NCBI GenBank assembly: GCA_905478415.1
Contig: CAJQIG010000001.1
Span: 8,818 to 72,817, forward strand
DNA: 64,000 bases
Origin: an uncultured Patescibacteria group bacterium
Lineage (GTDB): Bacteria; Patescibacteriota; Microgenomatia; UBA1400; PJMF01
Reading direction: 5' to 3'
Shown in pieces: positions 37,087 to 48,086 of the stretch; the first letter of the stretch is position 1, and each line of letters begins with the position of its first letter. The notes under the pieces were generated by a model that was given only the letters and a program-made list of their open reading frames with translations, had not been told where the DNA came from and made no database searches. Position numbers and translations under genes: made by a program.

Positions 37087-38169
37087 TTAGACCGAAAGCC
37101 CAACTTTTTGGGCATACAATGTACACTGATTGCTCATAATTTCCGTATTAGAAGTATAGTGTTGGAGGTACTCTAAGTAAGTGCTGTGGAATAGTGACCC
37201 CTCATCAGTAGAAATTGAAAATTTTTTTAATCGAGTGGTGACCAAATTTAAAAAAATTGCCCAAAGTTGCTTTGGCACATCCGGTTGTAATTCATTATCT
37301 TGATTGTGAGTCAGGTGGTACATCGAGAAAAATACTTTAGCAAGTTTTGTTGCTAGCTTTTTGCTCCGTGCTTCTTCTGTCATCTTGGGGTTATTTAGAA
37401 TATAATTTAAGTCAAGCAAGTCATGAATTTTATCAGCCAGTTTAATGACTCTGGTTTCAGGTTGTTTTTCAGCCCTCCAGTTTAACCAATAAATAAAGAG
37501 GCTCTGTTTATACTTCTCTTTCTCTGCTTCAGGAACAATCTTTAATAACTCAGTGTCATCAACCACGGGGGCCATAAGATCAAGAGCGGCATCTCCGGGG
37601 TTATATTTTGGTAAAACGGTATTTAATTGAGTTCTAGCTGCTGAGAGGTTATCTTCAAGAGGGAGTTCCCAATTTGGGGTAATATAGCCCTCATTGGGGT
37701 CAATACTATGCTTTTCCCATAATCGCAGGAGATCTTCTTCAATAAAGTCATGAATGAGTGCTTTTACTCTAACTTCAACGCTTGTGGTAGAGTTCATCAG
37801 GAGGATAATTAAATCTACAAACATTGGATGGGCTGTATATAAACTTCCATCTTTTCGTGAGACTTGGTAGCTTCCTAAAAAGTTTAGAACAGCTGCTATT
37901 TGTACTGATTTTTCAGTATAGGGATGAATGGGTTGCCCGTCTTCTCCAGTAAAAGTTGTATTTGCTGCTTTATCTAATAGTGCTGTTTCAATTACAAAAG
38001 TAGGTAGTTTTTGATTGAGCAACTGAATCAGTTCTTCTTTAAGTGTAAGTGTCCAAACGTTACAAGCTTTGGTAATCTGGTTGAAATTATCTAATAGCCA
38101 TTTTGCTCGTTCTTGAGCATGTTCGTTGCTGATAGGCAAATCAAGTAAATGGGATACTTCTCTGGACAT
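37087..38169 (-). CDS. HD-domain protein resembling RelA/SpoT hydrolase (small alarmone hydrolase-like)
   Basis: R.DG..Y..HP..V, ALIHDFIEED, VIKLADKIHD. Confidence 0.6.
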   Translation of the reverse strand: MSREVSHLLDLPISNEHAQERAKWLLDNFNQITKACNVWTLTLKEELIQLLNQKLPTFVIETALLDKAANTTFTGEDGQPIHPYTEKSVQIAAVLNFLGSYQVSRKDGSLYTAHPMFVDLIILLMNSTTSVEVRVKALIHDFIEEDLLRLWEKHSIDPNEGYITPNWELPLEDNLSAARTQLNTVLPKYNPGDAALDLMAPVVDDTELLKIVPEAEKEKYKQSLFIYWLNWRAEKQPETRVIKLADKIHDLLDLNYILNNPKMTEEARSKKLATKLAKVFFSMYHLTHNQDNELQPDVPKQLWAIFLNLVTTRLKKFSISTDEGSLFHSTYLEYLQHYTSNTEIMSNQCTLYAQKVGLSV

Positions 38170-38221
38170 AGAGTAAGTATAAAGTATTTACAGCCTTCTT
38201 GTCATCTTCACGTAGATACAA

Positions 38222-39907
38222 TTATTTTTTCTTATCTAAGACAGCATGTAGATACTCTACAAAAATAGGATGTGGCTTGAGTGGCTGTGATTTATATTCA
38301 GGGTGTGCTTGTGTGGCAATAAAGAACGGATGAGTTTTTTTTGGTAGCTCAATCATTTCAACAAAAAAGTCATCAGGTGATGTCCCAGAAATAACAAATC
38401 CAGCTTTTTCAAGTTGCTCGCGGTAGGCGTTATTAAATTCAAATCGATGCCGGTGTCGCTCAGAAATAAGATTTTTAGATTCATCTTTAAATGCATGGTG
38501 TTTTTTGTAAATGCTATGAGCCAAAGTGCCAGGTTTCAATATACAATCATAGGCTCCCAGGCGCATGCTTGCACCTTCACCTTTAATAGTTTGATATTTA
38601 TCACTAAACGGAATATCGTGCACAATGGGATGCGGTGTATTAAGATCAACTTCTATGGTGTGGGCTTTTTCGAGACCAACAACATGGCGGGCAAACTCAA
38701 TACTGGCTAACTGCATGCCATAACAGAGGCCGAGGTAAGGAATTTTTTCTTCACGGGCATATTTAATGGCAGCAATTTTGCCTTCGACACCTCTTCCTCC
38801 CCAACCGATGGGGACAATAATACCATCAGCTCGGTGCAAGTCAGTGAGCGCTTGTTTTTTCTTTTTTTCTAGATCTTCAGCTTTGATAAAGACAATTTCA
38901 AGCTCAGTATCTTCATGCACAGAGGCGAAGTTTAACGATTCTAGGAGTGACACATAGGAATCTTTGAGTTCAAAGCTACCAGTTGAGAGGTATTTAGCAA
39001 TGATAACCACAGTAGCAGTATGTTTTTTTGGACTAGTAAGTTTCGTTACAAATGCATTCCACTCTGATAGATCAGCCTTTTTTTCTGGAAGATTGAGTTT
39101 TTTGAGTACTTTTGTGTCAAAACCCTGTTCGGCTAATACCGGTGGGACTTCATAAATACTACCTAAATCAGGATTAGAAATAATATCTTCTTTACTCATA
39201 TTTGAGTAGAAAGCAACCTTTTCTTTACGTTTTTCATCAATCATAAATTCACCACGACCAACTATGAAATCTGGCTGAATGCCCATTGATTGCAGTGCTC
39301 GGACAGAAAGTTGGGTTGGTTTTGATTTTAATTCATTGATGTGTGATGGACTGGGAAAGTAGGTAACATGAGCATGGACCGTATCTTCTGGATTTTCCAG
39401 GTTCATAATTCGGTAGGCTTCGTAGTAAATTTCGTTTTGGTACTCTCCTGCAGTGCCGCCGAGTTCGACTAAACAAATATCAAAACCCTCACCTGCTAGT
39501 TTAATTCGAGTGATTGCTTCTTGTGGAATATAGAGCCAAGCATCAACGGTTGCACCACCATACGCTAAATTTTTAGTTTTTTCGATAACTGTCGAATAAA
39601 TTTGCCCAAGGGTAGTGAAATTCTTTTTACCAACTTCTTGATCAAGAAATCGTTCGTATGAGCCAAGGTCTAAGTCTGCCTCAAGTCCATCTTCACATAA
39701 GAAAACATCCCCATGTTCAATAGGGTTGATATTACCAGAATCAAGGTTGAGATAATTTTCACACTTAATGTTGGTGACACTATAGCCACGATTCTTGAGG
39801 AGGAGACCGAGAGAAGCAGCAGTAATGCCTTTTCCCAGACCTGACAAAACGCCTCCAGAGACGAATACATACTTTGTTTTTGGGGGGTGGTTTCCATGTG
39901 TGCTCAT
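38222..39907 (-). CDS. pyrG: CTP synthase
   Basis: GGVLSGLGKG, HGDVF, KSKPTQ, LGLCYGMQ, ERHRHRFE, QAHPEY; ATG 39907. Confidence 0.97.
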   Translation of the reverse strand: MSTHGNHPPKTKYVFVSGGVLSGLGKGITAASLGLLLKNRGYSVTNIKCENYLNLDSGNINPIEHGDVFLCEDGLEADLDLGSYERFLDQEVGKKNFTTLGQIYSTVIEKTKNLAYGGATVDAWLYIPQEAITRIKLAGEGFDICLVELGGTAGEYQNEIYYEAYRIMNLENPEDTVHAHVTYFPSPSHINELKSKPTQLSVRALQSMGIQPDFIVGRGEFMIDEKRKEKVAFYSNMSKEDIISNPDLGSIYEVPPVLAEQGFDTKVLKKLNLPEKKADLSEWNAFVTKLTSPKKHTATVVIIAKYLSTGSFELKDSYVSLLESLNFASVHEDTELEIVFIKAEDLEKKKKQALTDLHRADGIIVPIGWGGRGVEGKIAAIKYAREEKIPYLGLCYGMQLASIEFARHVVGLEKAHTIEVDLNTPHPIVHDIPFSDKYQTIKGEGASMRLGAYDCILKPGTLAHSIYKKHHAFKDESKNLISERHRHRFEFNNAYREQLEKAGFVISGTSPDDFFVEMIELPKKTHPFFIATQAHPEYKSQPLKPHPIFVEYLHAVLDKKK

Positions 39908-40097
39908 GGAAGTATATTGTAGCTGTTTGAAAGTATTTGTCAAAGGTGAAAACGAATATAATAAAAAATACAAGGATATTTTGATACTAAATATGGTAGT
40001 TTGAAAGTAATGGATGTACTAAATTTACCGAGTTTCAAAAGATAAATAGGTATAGTATGAATGAATTCTTCTTCTTTGTTATACTACCCAGGTCTGT

Positions 40098-41093
40098 ATG
40101 AAACGCATTGAACAAGCACCACAAATATTCAACCGCAGAGAATTCTTAAAAGGGTTAGGTCTAACTGCATCCTATCTGGCTACAGAAGCCCTTCTATTTC
40201 CTGTTTTTGTTGAAAAAGCACAGCATACCTTACATAAACATATTCCCATTTTGGTTACAGGATTAGCTCCATACTGGGACGAGACCGTGATTGTCCATAT
40301 GAGTGACATGCACCTAGCTGGTCGGGGTATTGATTTCTTTGATCCTGATTCTGCCTTAGAACTTTCAGCTTCCATTACTCAGAGTTTAAAGCAAATGGGA
40401 GCCGACCCAGATAAGACATTTATTTTTGATAGCGGTGATGTGGTCAGTAAAGGGGCGGGAGATGGACGGGAGTCTTCTATGATGGCGACAGCAGAAATGG
40501 CAGGGTACCTTCAACGTATACCCGCGGCTGGTAAATTTGTAACTGGAGGAAACCATGATTTAGCTCATTCGCAAGCTGACCAGCTTTGGAATATATTCAG
40601 TGACGCAGGATATCAGGTTTGTGGACTGCCCTCCCAAGGGGGTTCAAGTATTGGTAGTGGCACACTTCCCTTTCAAGTTATTGCTACACCTGATTTTACA
40701 GGGCATGCTTCCTGGTATAGATCTGCCGAAGGAAAACAGTTTTTACAACAAGTCCAGGCTCAAAAAACAAAACCAAGTATTTGGTTAACACATAATGCAT
40801 CCTTGTTCGATAGGGGAATACTAAATCCAGAACTGTTGCTTGAAGACACGCTGTCATTGTCAGGGCATACTCATGGAGGTCAAGTGGGTGCAAATACTCC
40901 TCTGCAACTTTTAGCTGGAAGAGTAGCACTAAGGCGTGTACATTACGATTCAGAGTACATTCATGGTCTTTATCCGGTTGGAAATTCAGGTCTAGTGCAT
41001 GTGAGTGCTGGTTTAGGACATGCGCATAGTCATGGAGTGAGGACAGCACAGCCAGAGGTAGTATTTTTTACACTTCACTCAAATTTCAGTTGA
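40098..41093 (+). CDS. Calcineurin-like metallophosphoesterase with twin-arginine-like N-terminus
   Basis: SDMH, GD, GNHD, THN, SGHTHGGQ; NRREFLK. Confidence 0.85.
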   Translation: MKRIEQAPQIFNRREFLKGLGLTASYLATEALLFPVFVEKAQHTLHKHIPILVTGLAPYWDETVIVHMSDMHLAGRGIDFFDPDSALELSASITQSLKQMGADPDKTFIFDSGDVVSKGAGDGRESSMMATAEMAGYLQRIPAAGKFVTGGNHDLAHSQADQLWNIFSDAGYQVCGLPSQGGSSIGSGTLPFQVIATPDFTGHASWYRSAEGKQFLQQVQAQKTKPSIWLTHNASLFDRGILNPELLLEDTLSLSGHTHGGQVGANTPLQLLAGRVALRRVHYDSEYIHGLYPVGNSGLVHVSAGLGHAHSHGVRTAQPEVVFFTLHSNFS

Positions 41094-44000
41094 GAAGTTT
41101 GGCAATTTCAATTTCAATATTCTTTGACCATTTAACCCCGTATGGTAAAAGTAGCTTTTGGGGAGTAGTCCCATTTGGGATTAAAATTAAAACACTTTCA
41201 TTGCCAGGGTACTGCTTAAGTAATGTTCCAAGCGTTTTTAGTGTTTCAGGAGAAGTTTTACGGGGAATAAAAATTTCTTTGTGGATTCCACTAGCCTCAT
41301 GAGTTAAGTCACTCATTTTTGGAGCAGATACTTTTTCAGCGAGAAGTTGTAACTCCTCGTCTCGATAATCAACTTTGGCTTTTATTAAAACCACTGTATC
41401 GGAAATAATTTTTTCTCTGTATTCTTCGTATGTTTTTGGAAAAAAGACTACATCTATAGAACCGGTAGCATCTTCAAGCTTTCCAAAAGCCATATCTTTT
41501 CCTGATTTTCTGGTTTGGACGATTCGTACATTTGAAAGTACGCCGCCGAACATAAAGGTGTTATTAGCATGCAGTGAGGCATCAAGATCATCAATTTCTT
41601 TAGAAACTCGACCTGAAATTGCTCTGAGTTGGGTGGCTAGTGGATGGTCAGTAAGGAAGAGCCCGAGCAATTCTTTTTCGAAAGAGAGGAGCTCTTGTTG
41701 CGGGTATTCTGCAATCTGAGGGAAGCTATCTTGTAGTTGGTTAGCTGAAGTTTCAATACCTCCAAACAAACTATCTTGTCCTTCAATATTAGAAACAAGT
41801 TTTGCAGCTGATTTTCGAATATTCTCTAAATTTTCAAGCATGCTGGAACGAGTTCCAAAGTCGTCCATAGCGCCGACTTTGATAAGAGATTCCAGAGTGG
41901 TCTTATTTACTTTTCTACCATCTGATTCGTGGATAAACTGTGTCAGAGAAGTAAACTCACCAATCTCTTTTTGCATTTCAAGAATATTTTCTATGGCCGC
42001 GGATCCAACGTTTTTAATAGCGTTAAAACCAAATCGAATTGCCCAGCCATTTTTAGACTTTTCATCTTTTTCTAGGGTAAAGTCATCTTTAGATTTGTTA
42101 ATATGAGGAGGGAGTACTCGAATTCCCATCTTCTTACAGTTCTCAATAGAAACTGCAATTTTAATATCGCGGTTCATTGAGGTAGAAGCTGATTCAATAC
42201 TCATTAGGGCAGTGATGTATTCTTCTGGATAGTTAGCCTTTAAATAGGCTGTTTGGTAGGCAACCATGGCATAGCTGGCAGCATGAGCTTTGTTAAAACC
42301 ATAATTTGCAAAGGCTTCAATAAAGCCCCAGACTTTTTGTGCAGTGGCACGTTCATACCCTTTTTTAACTGATTCCTCAATAAATATCTTTTTATTTTTA
42401 TCAAGGAGTTTTTTCTTTTTCTTACCAATAGCACGACGTAAAACATCAGCACCACCCAGCGTGTAGCCAGCCATGACATGGGCAATCGACATAATCTGCT
42501 CCTGGTAGACCATGATGCCATAGGTTTCTTTGAGGATTGGGATAAGAGATTCGTGAGGGTACTCAATACTATCTGGATTATGTTTACCTTCGATAAACTT
42601 TGGAATCAGGTCCATTGGGCCAGGGCGATATAGAGCTACCATAGCAGTAATATCTGAAAACTGGTTGGGTCGAAGCGTTCGAGCCACACGCCGCATACCG
42701 GCTGATTCTAGTTGGAATACACCCATGGTGTCTCCAGCCGTGAGGAGATCAAATGTTGGTTGGTCATCCAAAGGAATTTTTGAAATATCGATATCGATTT
42801 TCTTTTGTTTTTTTATCAGTCCAATTGCCATTTGGATAATTGAGAGATTGCGGAGTCCTAAAAAATCAAATTTTAAGAGCCCGATAGCATTATCATCAAC
42901 ATTACAGTCGAGTGCATACATATCAAACTGAGTAATAGTTTTTCCCGAGCGTGAATCTTTTTGGATAGCAACGTAGTCTGGCAAAGGTTTATCTGTAATA
43001 ATCACCGCGGCAGCATGGACTGAACTGTGGCGAATATTACCTTCAACTTTTTTGGCTAAATCGATAAGTTTTCTAAACTTAGGTTGCTGGTAATACGCAG
43101 CGAGCTCAGGAACTGTTTGCACAGCTTGTTCGAGTGAAACTTTTTTACCTGGTTCGTTAGGAATGAGTTTGGCAATCTTATCTGGATCTTCATAAGCCAT
43201 TCCGAGTACACGGCCAATATCTCTAATAGCTACACGGGCTTCCATTTTTCCGAAAGTAATCACATGAGCAACGTGATCGTGACCATACTTGTTGGCAACA
43301 TAATGAATAACTTCATCACGTCGTGTATCAGCAAAATCAAGATCAATATCGGGAGGAGTTGGACGTTCTGGATTTAAGAATCTCTCGAATGCTAAATCGT
43401 GGGCAATTGGGTCAATATCAGTGATGCCAATACAGTATGAAACTAGTGATCCAGCAGCTGAACCACGACCAGGACCAACCCCAATTCCCTGCTCTTTTGC
43501 CCAGTTAACAAAATCTTGGGTAATCAAGAAGTATGCGGCATACCCTTTAGTATTGATAATGTCGAGTTCATAGTCCATGCGTTTCGCAAGCTCTGGAGTG
43601 ATTTCTTTAAATTTTGTAGCTCCTCGCTCATATGACATTTTTTTGAGGAAGGTCTCGTACGTTTCACCTTTTGGAATTTCATATTTTGGAAAAATAAGAT
43701 TACCTGTCGAAATTTCAATATCACATTGATTTGCAATTTTAACGGTATTCTCAATAGCATCAGGAAACTCTTTGAAAAGCTCGACCATTTCATCAGTCGA
43801 GCGCATATAGAAATCTGGGCTGTTTAGCATACTCATCCGTTTTGTATCCTCGATCAGCTTGCGTGTTTGAACACAAATGAGTGCATCTTGGGCAACGGCA
43901 TCTGTTTCTTCAATGTAGTGGACGTCATTGGTAGCCACGAGTGGAATATCAAGTTCTCGGGCAAGTTTTACTTGTATGGGTGTGAGCTTATTTAGTTCAT

Positions 44001-44550
44001 CAATGTGTGGATGAGCTTGGATTTCAATGTAGAATCGATCTTTAAAAATAGTTTTATATTTGAGTAGTTTTTCTTTTGCTTCATCAATTTTTCCCTGCAA
44101 AATTAGCTTATTTACAATACTACCCATACAACCACTGGTCGCAATAATGTTTTTATTATACTTTTCTAGCAGTTCATCATCGACACGAGGTTTATATGAG
44201 AAACCTTCAAAGTTGGCAGCGCTCACTAATCGATTAATATTTTGATACCCTTCATAGTTCATGGCTAGTAAGGTCATGTGAGCTTGGTCTTGTCCCATTT
44301 TAGTTTGTTTATCAAATCGAGAGTTTCTTGCAACATATATTTCACACCCAATAATTGGCTTAATGCCGGCTGCTTTGCAAGCATTATAAAAATGAAGCGA
44401 CCCATACATTGCTCCATGATCCGTAAGACCAATGGCTGTTTGTCCGAGTGACTGAACTTTTTCAACGAGAGGTGGAATTTTACAGAGTCCATCTAAAAGA
44501 GAATACTGCGAATGTACGTGAAGGTGGACGAAGTCTGATTTTTTGGCCAT
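41086..44550 (-). CDS. dnaE: DNA polymerase III subunit alpha
   Basis: PHP HLHVHSQYSLLDG, GRGSAAGS, PDIDLDF, KFDFLGL, YGFNKAHA. Confidence 0.98.
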   Translation of the reverse strand: MAKKSDFVHLHVHSQYSLLDGLCKIPPLVEKVQSLGQTAIGLTDHGAMYGSLHFYNACKAAGIKPIIGCEIYVARNSRFDKQTKMGQDQAHMTLLAMNYEGYQNINRLVSAANFEGFSYKPRVDDELLEKYNKNIIATSGCMGSIVNKLILQGKIDEAKEKLLKYKTIFKDRFYIEIQAHPHIDELNKLTPIQVKLARELDIPLVATNDVHYIEETDAVAQDALICVQTRKLIEDTKRMSMLNSPDFYMRSTDEMVELFKEFPDAIENTVKIANQCDIEISTGNLIFPKYEIPKGETYETFLKKMSYERGATKFKEITPELAKRMDYELDIINTKGYAAYFLITQDFVNWAKEQGIGVGPGRGSAAGSLVSYCIGITDIDPIAHDLAFERFLNPERPTPPDIDLDFADTRRDEVIHYVANKYGHDHVAHVITFGKMEARVAIRDIGRVLGMAYEDPDKIAKLIPNEPGKKVSLEQAVQTVPELAAYYQQPKFRKLIDLAKKVEGNIRHSSVHAAAVIITDKPLPDYVAIQKDSRSGKTITQFDMYALDCNVDDNAIGLLKFDFLGLRNLSIIQMAIGLIKKQKKIDIDISKIPLDDQPTFDLLTAGDTMGVFQLESAGMRRVARTLRPNQFSDITAMVALYRPGPMDLIPKFIEGKHNPDSIEYPHESLIPILKETYGIMVYQEQIMSIAHVMAGYTLGGADVLRRAIGKKKKKLLDKNKKIFIEESVKKGYERATAQKVWGFIEAFANYGFNKAHAASYAMVAYQTAYLKANYPEEYITALMSIESASTSMNRDIKIAVSIENCKKMGIRVLPPHINKSKDDFTLEKDEKSKNGWAIRFGFNAIKNVGSAAIENILEMQKEIGEFTSLTQFIHESDGRKVNKTTLESLIKVGAMDDFGTRSSMLENLENIRKSAAKLVSNIEGQDSLFGGIETSANQLQDSFPQIAEYPQQELLSFEKELLGLFLTDHPLATQLRAISGRVSKEIDDLDASLHANNTFMFGGVLSNVRIVQTRKSGKDMAFGKLEDATGSIDVVFFPKTYEEYREKIISDTVVLIKAKVDYRDEELQLLAEKVSAPKMSDLTHEASGIHKEIFIPRKTSPETLKTLGTLLKQYPGNESVLILIPNGTTPQKLLLPYGVKWSKNIEIEIAKLLN

Positions 44551-44616
44551 GAGTTTTTTACTTTTGGAAGGTAGTTACTGTACCTTTTATACCATGAATA
44601 TTGGGAGTTAGAAAGT

Positions 44617-45372
44617 TTACTCTCCCTTTGTTACTGCGTCTTTATATGTAGCAATGCGATCTTCTGTTAACCACCCAAGTCCACCTTCAGGTCTAGGTGT
44701 ACTCCATGCCTCTGTGATACTTAGTTTTTCTGAGGATGTGACCATATGGAGTAGTAGTGCACTGGTTAGAGGTACGAAGAAATCATCCTTTTCTTTTAAG
44801 ATGGCATGTTCTTTGAGAGCATATAAAAAATATTGAGACAAAAAGTGTGAAACTATGAAGTGGGTTGCCACCTCTGGTTTTATATCTTTTTTAAATTGAG
44901 TGTGTCCCCAAATAACACTGTCTGAAGCAGGATCTCCATCCATGGGGGTTCCGCCACGTTCAAACATTTTATGCCCATTACTCATTAATGTTGCTAGTTG
45001 TTGTAAAGCTTGATCTAAGTTCAAAGTGTCTGCACTAAAAGCTTGGTGTGCTAGATCACTCAAAATCTCATCTGAGCTCTCTATCGCATGTAGAAATTCT
45101 TCCATTGAGATATGTGAAGCACTGTTTTTCTTGATATTTCTTTCTTGTCTGAGCCTATCTGCTGCAGTTATGATTTGGACATGACTTTCTTCTAAGTTAT
45201 CGATATGTGATAACAACATAAGATATTCTTCTAGAATATCAATAAATAGACTAGGGTTTTCATTCAGCCATGTGAGAGCTTCAGTAATTTCTGGAACAAT
45301 ACTCAAAGCTTCACTAAGCTTTTCAGTATAGATAGCAATAGTGGCAGGTGTCAGACGTGTCTCAATTTTCAT
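44617..45372 (-). CDS. Hypothetical protein (251 aa)
   Basis: Long ORF 5 nt downstream of gatB; no motif recognised. Confidence 0.7.
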   Translation of the reverse strand: MKIETRLTPATIAIYTEKLSEALSIVPEITEALTWLNENPSLFIDILEEYLMLLSHIDNLEESHVQIITAADRLRQERNIKKNSASHISMEEFLHAIESSDEILSDLAHQAFSADTLNLDQALQQLATLMSNGHKMFERGGTPMDGDPASDSVIWGHTQFKKDIKPEVATHFIVSHFLSQYFLYALKEHAILKEKDDFFVPLTSALLLHMVTSSEKLSITEAWSTPRPEGGLGWLTEDRIATYKDAVTKGE

Positions 45373-45377
45373 ATGTA

Positions 45378-46706
45378 CTACTTAGAAAGTTCAGCAACTA
45401 GTGTTTCTCTGAGAAGTTGAGCATCAATTTTTTTACCGATAGCTCTCATTACTTGGCCAATGAAGAAACCAATAACTTTTTTATCTCCAGCCTTAAATTT
45501 TTGAACAGCATCTTGGTTTTCCTTCATAGTAGCTTGAATCGCTAGTACAAGCTTTTTTGTATCAACATTGTCAGTAGTAGAAATATCTGCAATTTTTTTG
45601 ATGATGGCTGAAGGTTTTTCGCCAACTTCGAATGAAATCTTTTTATTTACGATAGCTTTGGCACTATCATTTGGAGTGTCTGCTTGTTTGAAGATACTCT
45701 CAATCCACTCTGCTGCTGTTCGGTTTTCAGATAACATTTTTGCGTATCGCTCTTCAATCTTATACTCTTTTATCCAGCGAGAAGTTTTTGCTTCTGGAAG
45801 TTCTGGAATATCACTGCGAAGAGTTTCAATTTGATCTTGAGTAAACCTGATTGGTGGAAGATCGGGATCTGGAAAGTATCGATAGTCTTCGGCATCTTCT
45901 TTTGTGCGTTGTGAAAATGTTTCACCCTTATTTGGATTCCAACCACGAGTTTCCTGAATAGGAGTAGTTCCCTTTTCTAGAAGTGCTTCATGTCGTTCCA
46001 TTTCAAACGTTATTGCCTGTTCGACAAACTTAAATGAGTTAATATTTTTAACCTCAACTTTATAGTCAGGTAGTTTGGTTGATCCTGCAGGAGCAATTGA
46101 AATATTTGCTTCTAGGCGCATGCCACCCTGATCCATGTCGCAGTCAGAAATATCTAGATAGCGCATGATCTGACGCAACTTGCGTCCATATTCTTTAGCC
46201 TGTGTTGGAGACTTGATGTCTGGTTCGGTAACAATTTCGATGAGTGGGACACTACTTCGATTGTAGTCTACTAAGCTGACTTTCTTGCCATCTACTGTTT
46301 TATGTTGAAGTTTGCCGGTGTCTTCTTCTAGGTGAATTCGGGTAATCCGAATTGGTCCTTCTGATGTCTCTACAACTCCTTCATAGCAAAAAGGAATGTC
46401 GTACTGACTAATCTGATAGGCTTTTGGAAGATCGGGGTAGAAGTAGTTTTTTCGATCAAACTTTGAAAACAAATTGATCTTACACCCTAAGGCCAGTCCA
46501 AGTTTAATGGTCCACTCAATCGCAGTTTTATTTGCAACTGGCAGGCCTCCAGGCATACCTAAACAAGTAGGACACGTGTAGATGTTTGGTTTTGGAGCTC
46601 CGAAGGGATCATTTTTACAACCACAAAACATTTTTGATTTTGTTTTCAGTTCGGCATGAACTTCCATGCCGCAGACGAGTGAATATTTTTCTGAAGATGT
46701 GTTCAT
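45378..46706 (-). CDS. gatB: Asp/Glu-tRNA amidotransferase subunit B
   Basis: GMEVHAEL, FDRKNYFYPDLPK.YQISQ, HLEED.GK, YRYFPDPDL. Confidence 0.97.
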   Translation of the reverse strand: MNTSSEKYSLVCGMEVHAELKTKSKMFCGCKNDPFGAPKPNIYTCPTCLGMPGGLPVANKTAIEWTIKLGLALGCKINLFSKFDRKNYFYPDLPKAYQISQYDIPFCYEGVVETSEGPIRITRIHLEEDTGKLQHKTVDGKKVSLVDYNRSSVPLIEIVTEPDIKSPTQAKEYGRKLRQIMRYLDISDCDMDQGGMRLEANISIAPAGSTKLPDYKVEVKNINSFKFVEQAITFEMERHEALLEKGTTPIQETRGWNPNKGETFSQRTKEDAEDYRYFPDPDLPPIRFTQDQIETLRSDIPELPEAKTSRWIKEYKIEERYAKMLSENRTAAEWIESIFKQADTPNDSAKAIVNKKISFEVGEKPSAIIKKIADISTTDNVDTKKLVLAIQATMKENQDAVQKFKAGDKKVIGFFIGQVMRAIGKKIDAQLLRETLVAELSK

Positions 46707-46708
46707 AG

Positions 46709-48085
46709 TTACTTTCTGTTTCTCCAAGTGTTCCACGGAGTGGCTTTTTCGAAAGCATCGGCTACTTTAATAACTGTTTCTTCTTGCCACATAGGTGCAA
46801 CAATGTTTAATCCTAGAAAAAGGTTAGTCTTTTTATCCTGGTAACAAGGCACACTGATGCCTGGAAGGCCACTGATAGAGCTTGGTTCTAGGAGCATATC
46901 TTCGAGCTCACCGAACATGGCAGCACCTTCAGTGGCGCCAATTTTTTTAGCAAATCCTGGTGAAGTTAGCGATACAAGCACATCATACTTCTCAAAGAGT
47001 TTTTCGAAGTCTTCAATGTAGAGGGTTCTGACTTTTTGAGCGGTGTTGTAGTATTGGTCCGCATAGCCTTTGCTCAGCGTATATGTGCCAAGCATGATCC
47101 GACGTTTGGCTTCAGGACCAAAGAATGATCTATCCTTTCCATATCTGATTCCATCGTATCGACCAAGATTACTACTAACTTCTCCTCGTTGGACAACAGT
47201 ATAGACACTGACTGAGTATGAGGGATCAAGAGCAGTAACTTTTTCGACAGTAGCTCCTAATGTTTCAAAAACTTTCAGTTCTTTTTCGAGTAAAGCATTC
47301 GATGTTTCTATTCCAGGAATATCATGATAAATATAACCAATTTTCATGCCTTTAATTGAGGTTCCAATAGCTTTTGTGAAGTCAGGCACAGTTTTCTCAC
47401 TAGTAGTACTATCGTACTTGTCTTTCCCAGCAATATGAGTGAGGAGTAAGGCTGCGTCCTCGACCGTTTTTGTCATTGGACCAGGACTATCTGTCGAAGA
47501 CGCCATGGATACAACGCCGTATCGGCTACACCGGCCATAGGTTGGTTTGAGTCCAACAATGCCACACCAAGCAGCAGGCTGACGGATGGATCCAGCAGTT
47601 TCTGTGCCGAGTGCGGCGAGAGCCATATCGGCGGCAACAGCAGCGGCGCTCCCACCACTAGAACCCCCTGGCAAGTGATCAATATTACGAGGATTGAGTG
47701 TGCGTCCGTATTGTGATGTTTCAGTCGAAGATCCATGTGCCCAGGCATCAAGATTTGTTTTTCCCAGTATAGTACCGCCAGCTTTTTTTAGGTTCTCAAT
47801 AATGGTGGCGTCATACGGAGGAATAAAAGTATCTAGGACGGTTGAGGACGCAGTTGTCCGTAGCCCTTTAGTGCAGTAGTTATCTTTGACTGCGATAGGA
47901 AGGCCTTTGAGAGGTCTATTCTCCATTTTTGAATCTGTTTGTCGCTCAGCAACCGTTAAGTAAATGTTGAGCTTGTCATTTTTTTCGGCAATACTTTTGT
48001 GAATATCTGCTGCTATTTTTTCGACTGTAGTTTCTTTTTTTTCAAGTAACTCAAGGGCTTCGGTAAGGGTTTTTGTATTGAGCAT
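46709..48085 (-). CDS. gatA: Asp/Glu-tRNA amidotransferase subunit A
   Basis: Amidase signature PGGSSGGSAAAV, GSIRQPA, LKPTYG, RRIMLGT. Confidence 0.97.
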   Translation of the reverse strand: MLNTKTLTEALELLEKKETTVEKIAADIHKSIAEKNDKLNIYLTVAERQTDSKMENRPLKGLPIAVKDNYCTKGLRTTASSTVLDTFIPPYDATIIENLKKAGGTILGKTNLDAWAHGSSTETSQYGRTLNPRNIDHLPGGSSGGSAAAVAADMALAALGTETAGSIRQPAAWCGIVGLKPTYGRCSRYGVVSMASSTDSPGPMTKTVEDAALLLTHIAGKDKYDSTTSEKTVPDFTKAIGTSIKGMKIGYIYHDIPGIETSNALLEKELKVFETLGATVEKVTALDPSYSVSVYTVVQRGEVSSNLGRYDGIRYGKDRSFFGPEAKRRIMLGTYTLSKGYADQYYNTAQKVRTLYIEDFEKLFEKYDVLVSLTSPGFAKKIGATEGAAMFGELEDMLLEPSSISGLPGISVPCYQDKKTNLFLGLNIVAPMWQEETVIKVADAFEKATPWNTWRNRK

Positions 48086-48086
48086 C

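Noticed and set aside
41086-44550. Intein or intron in dnaE
   Set aside because: 1154 aa is a normal length and the motifs are contiguous.
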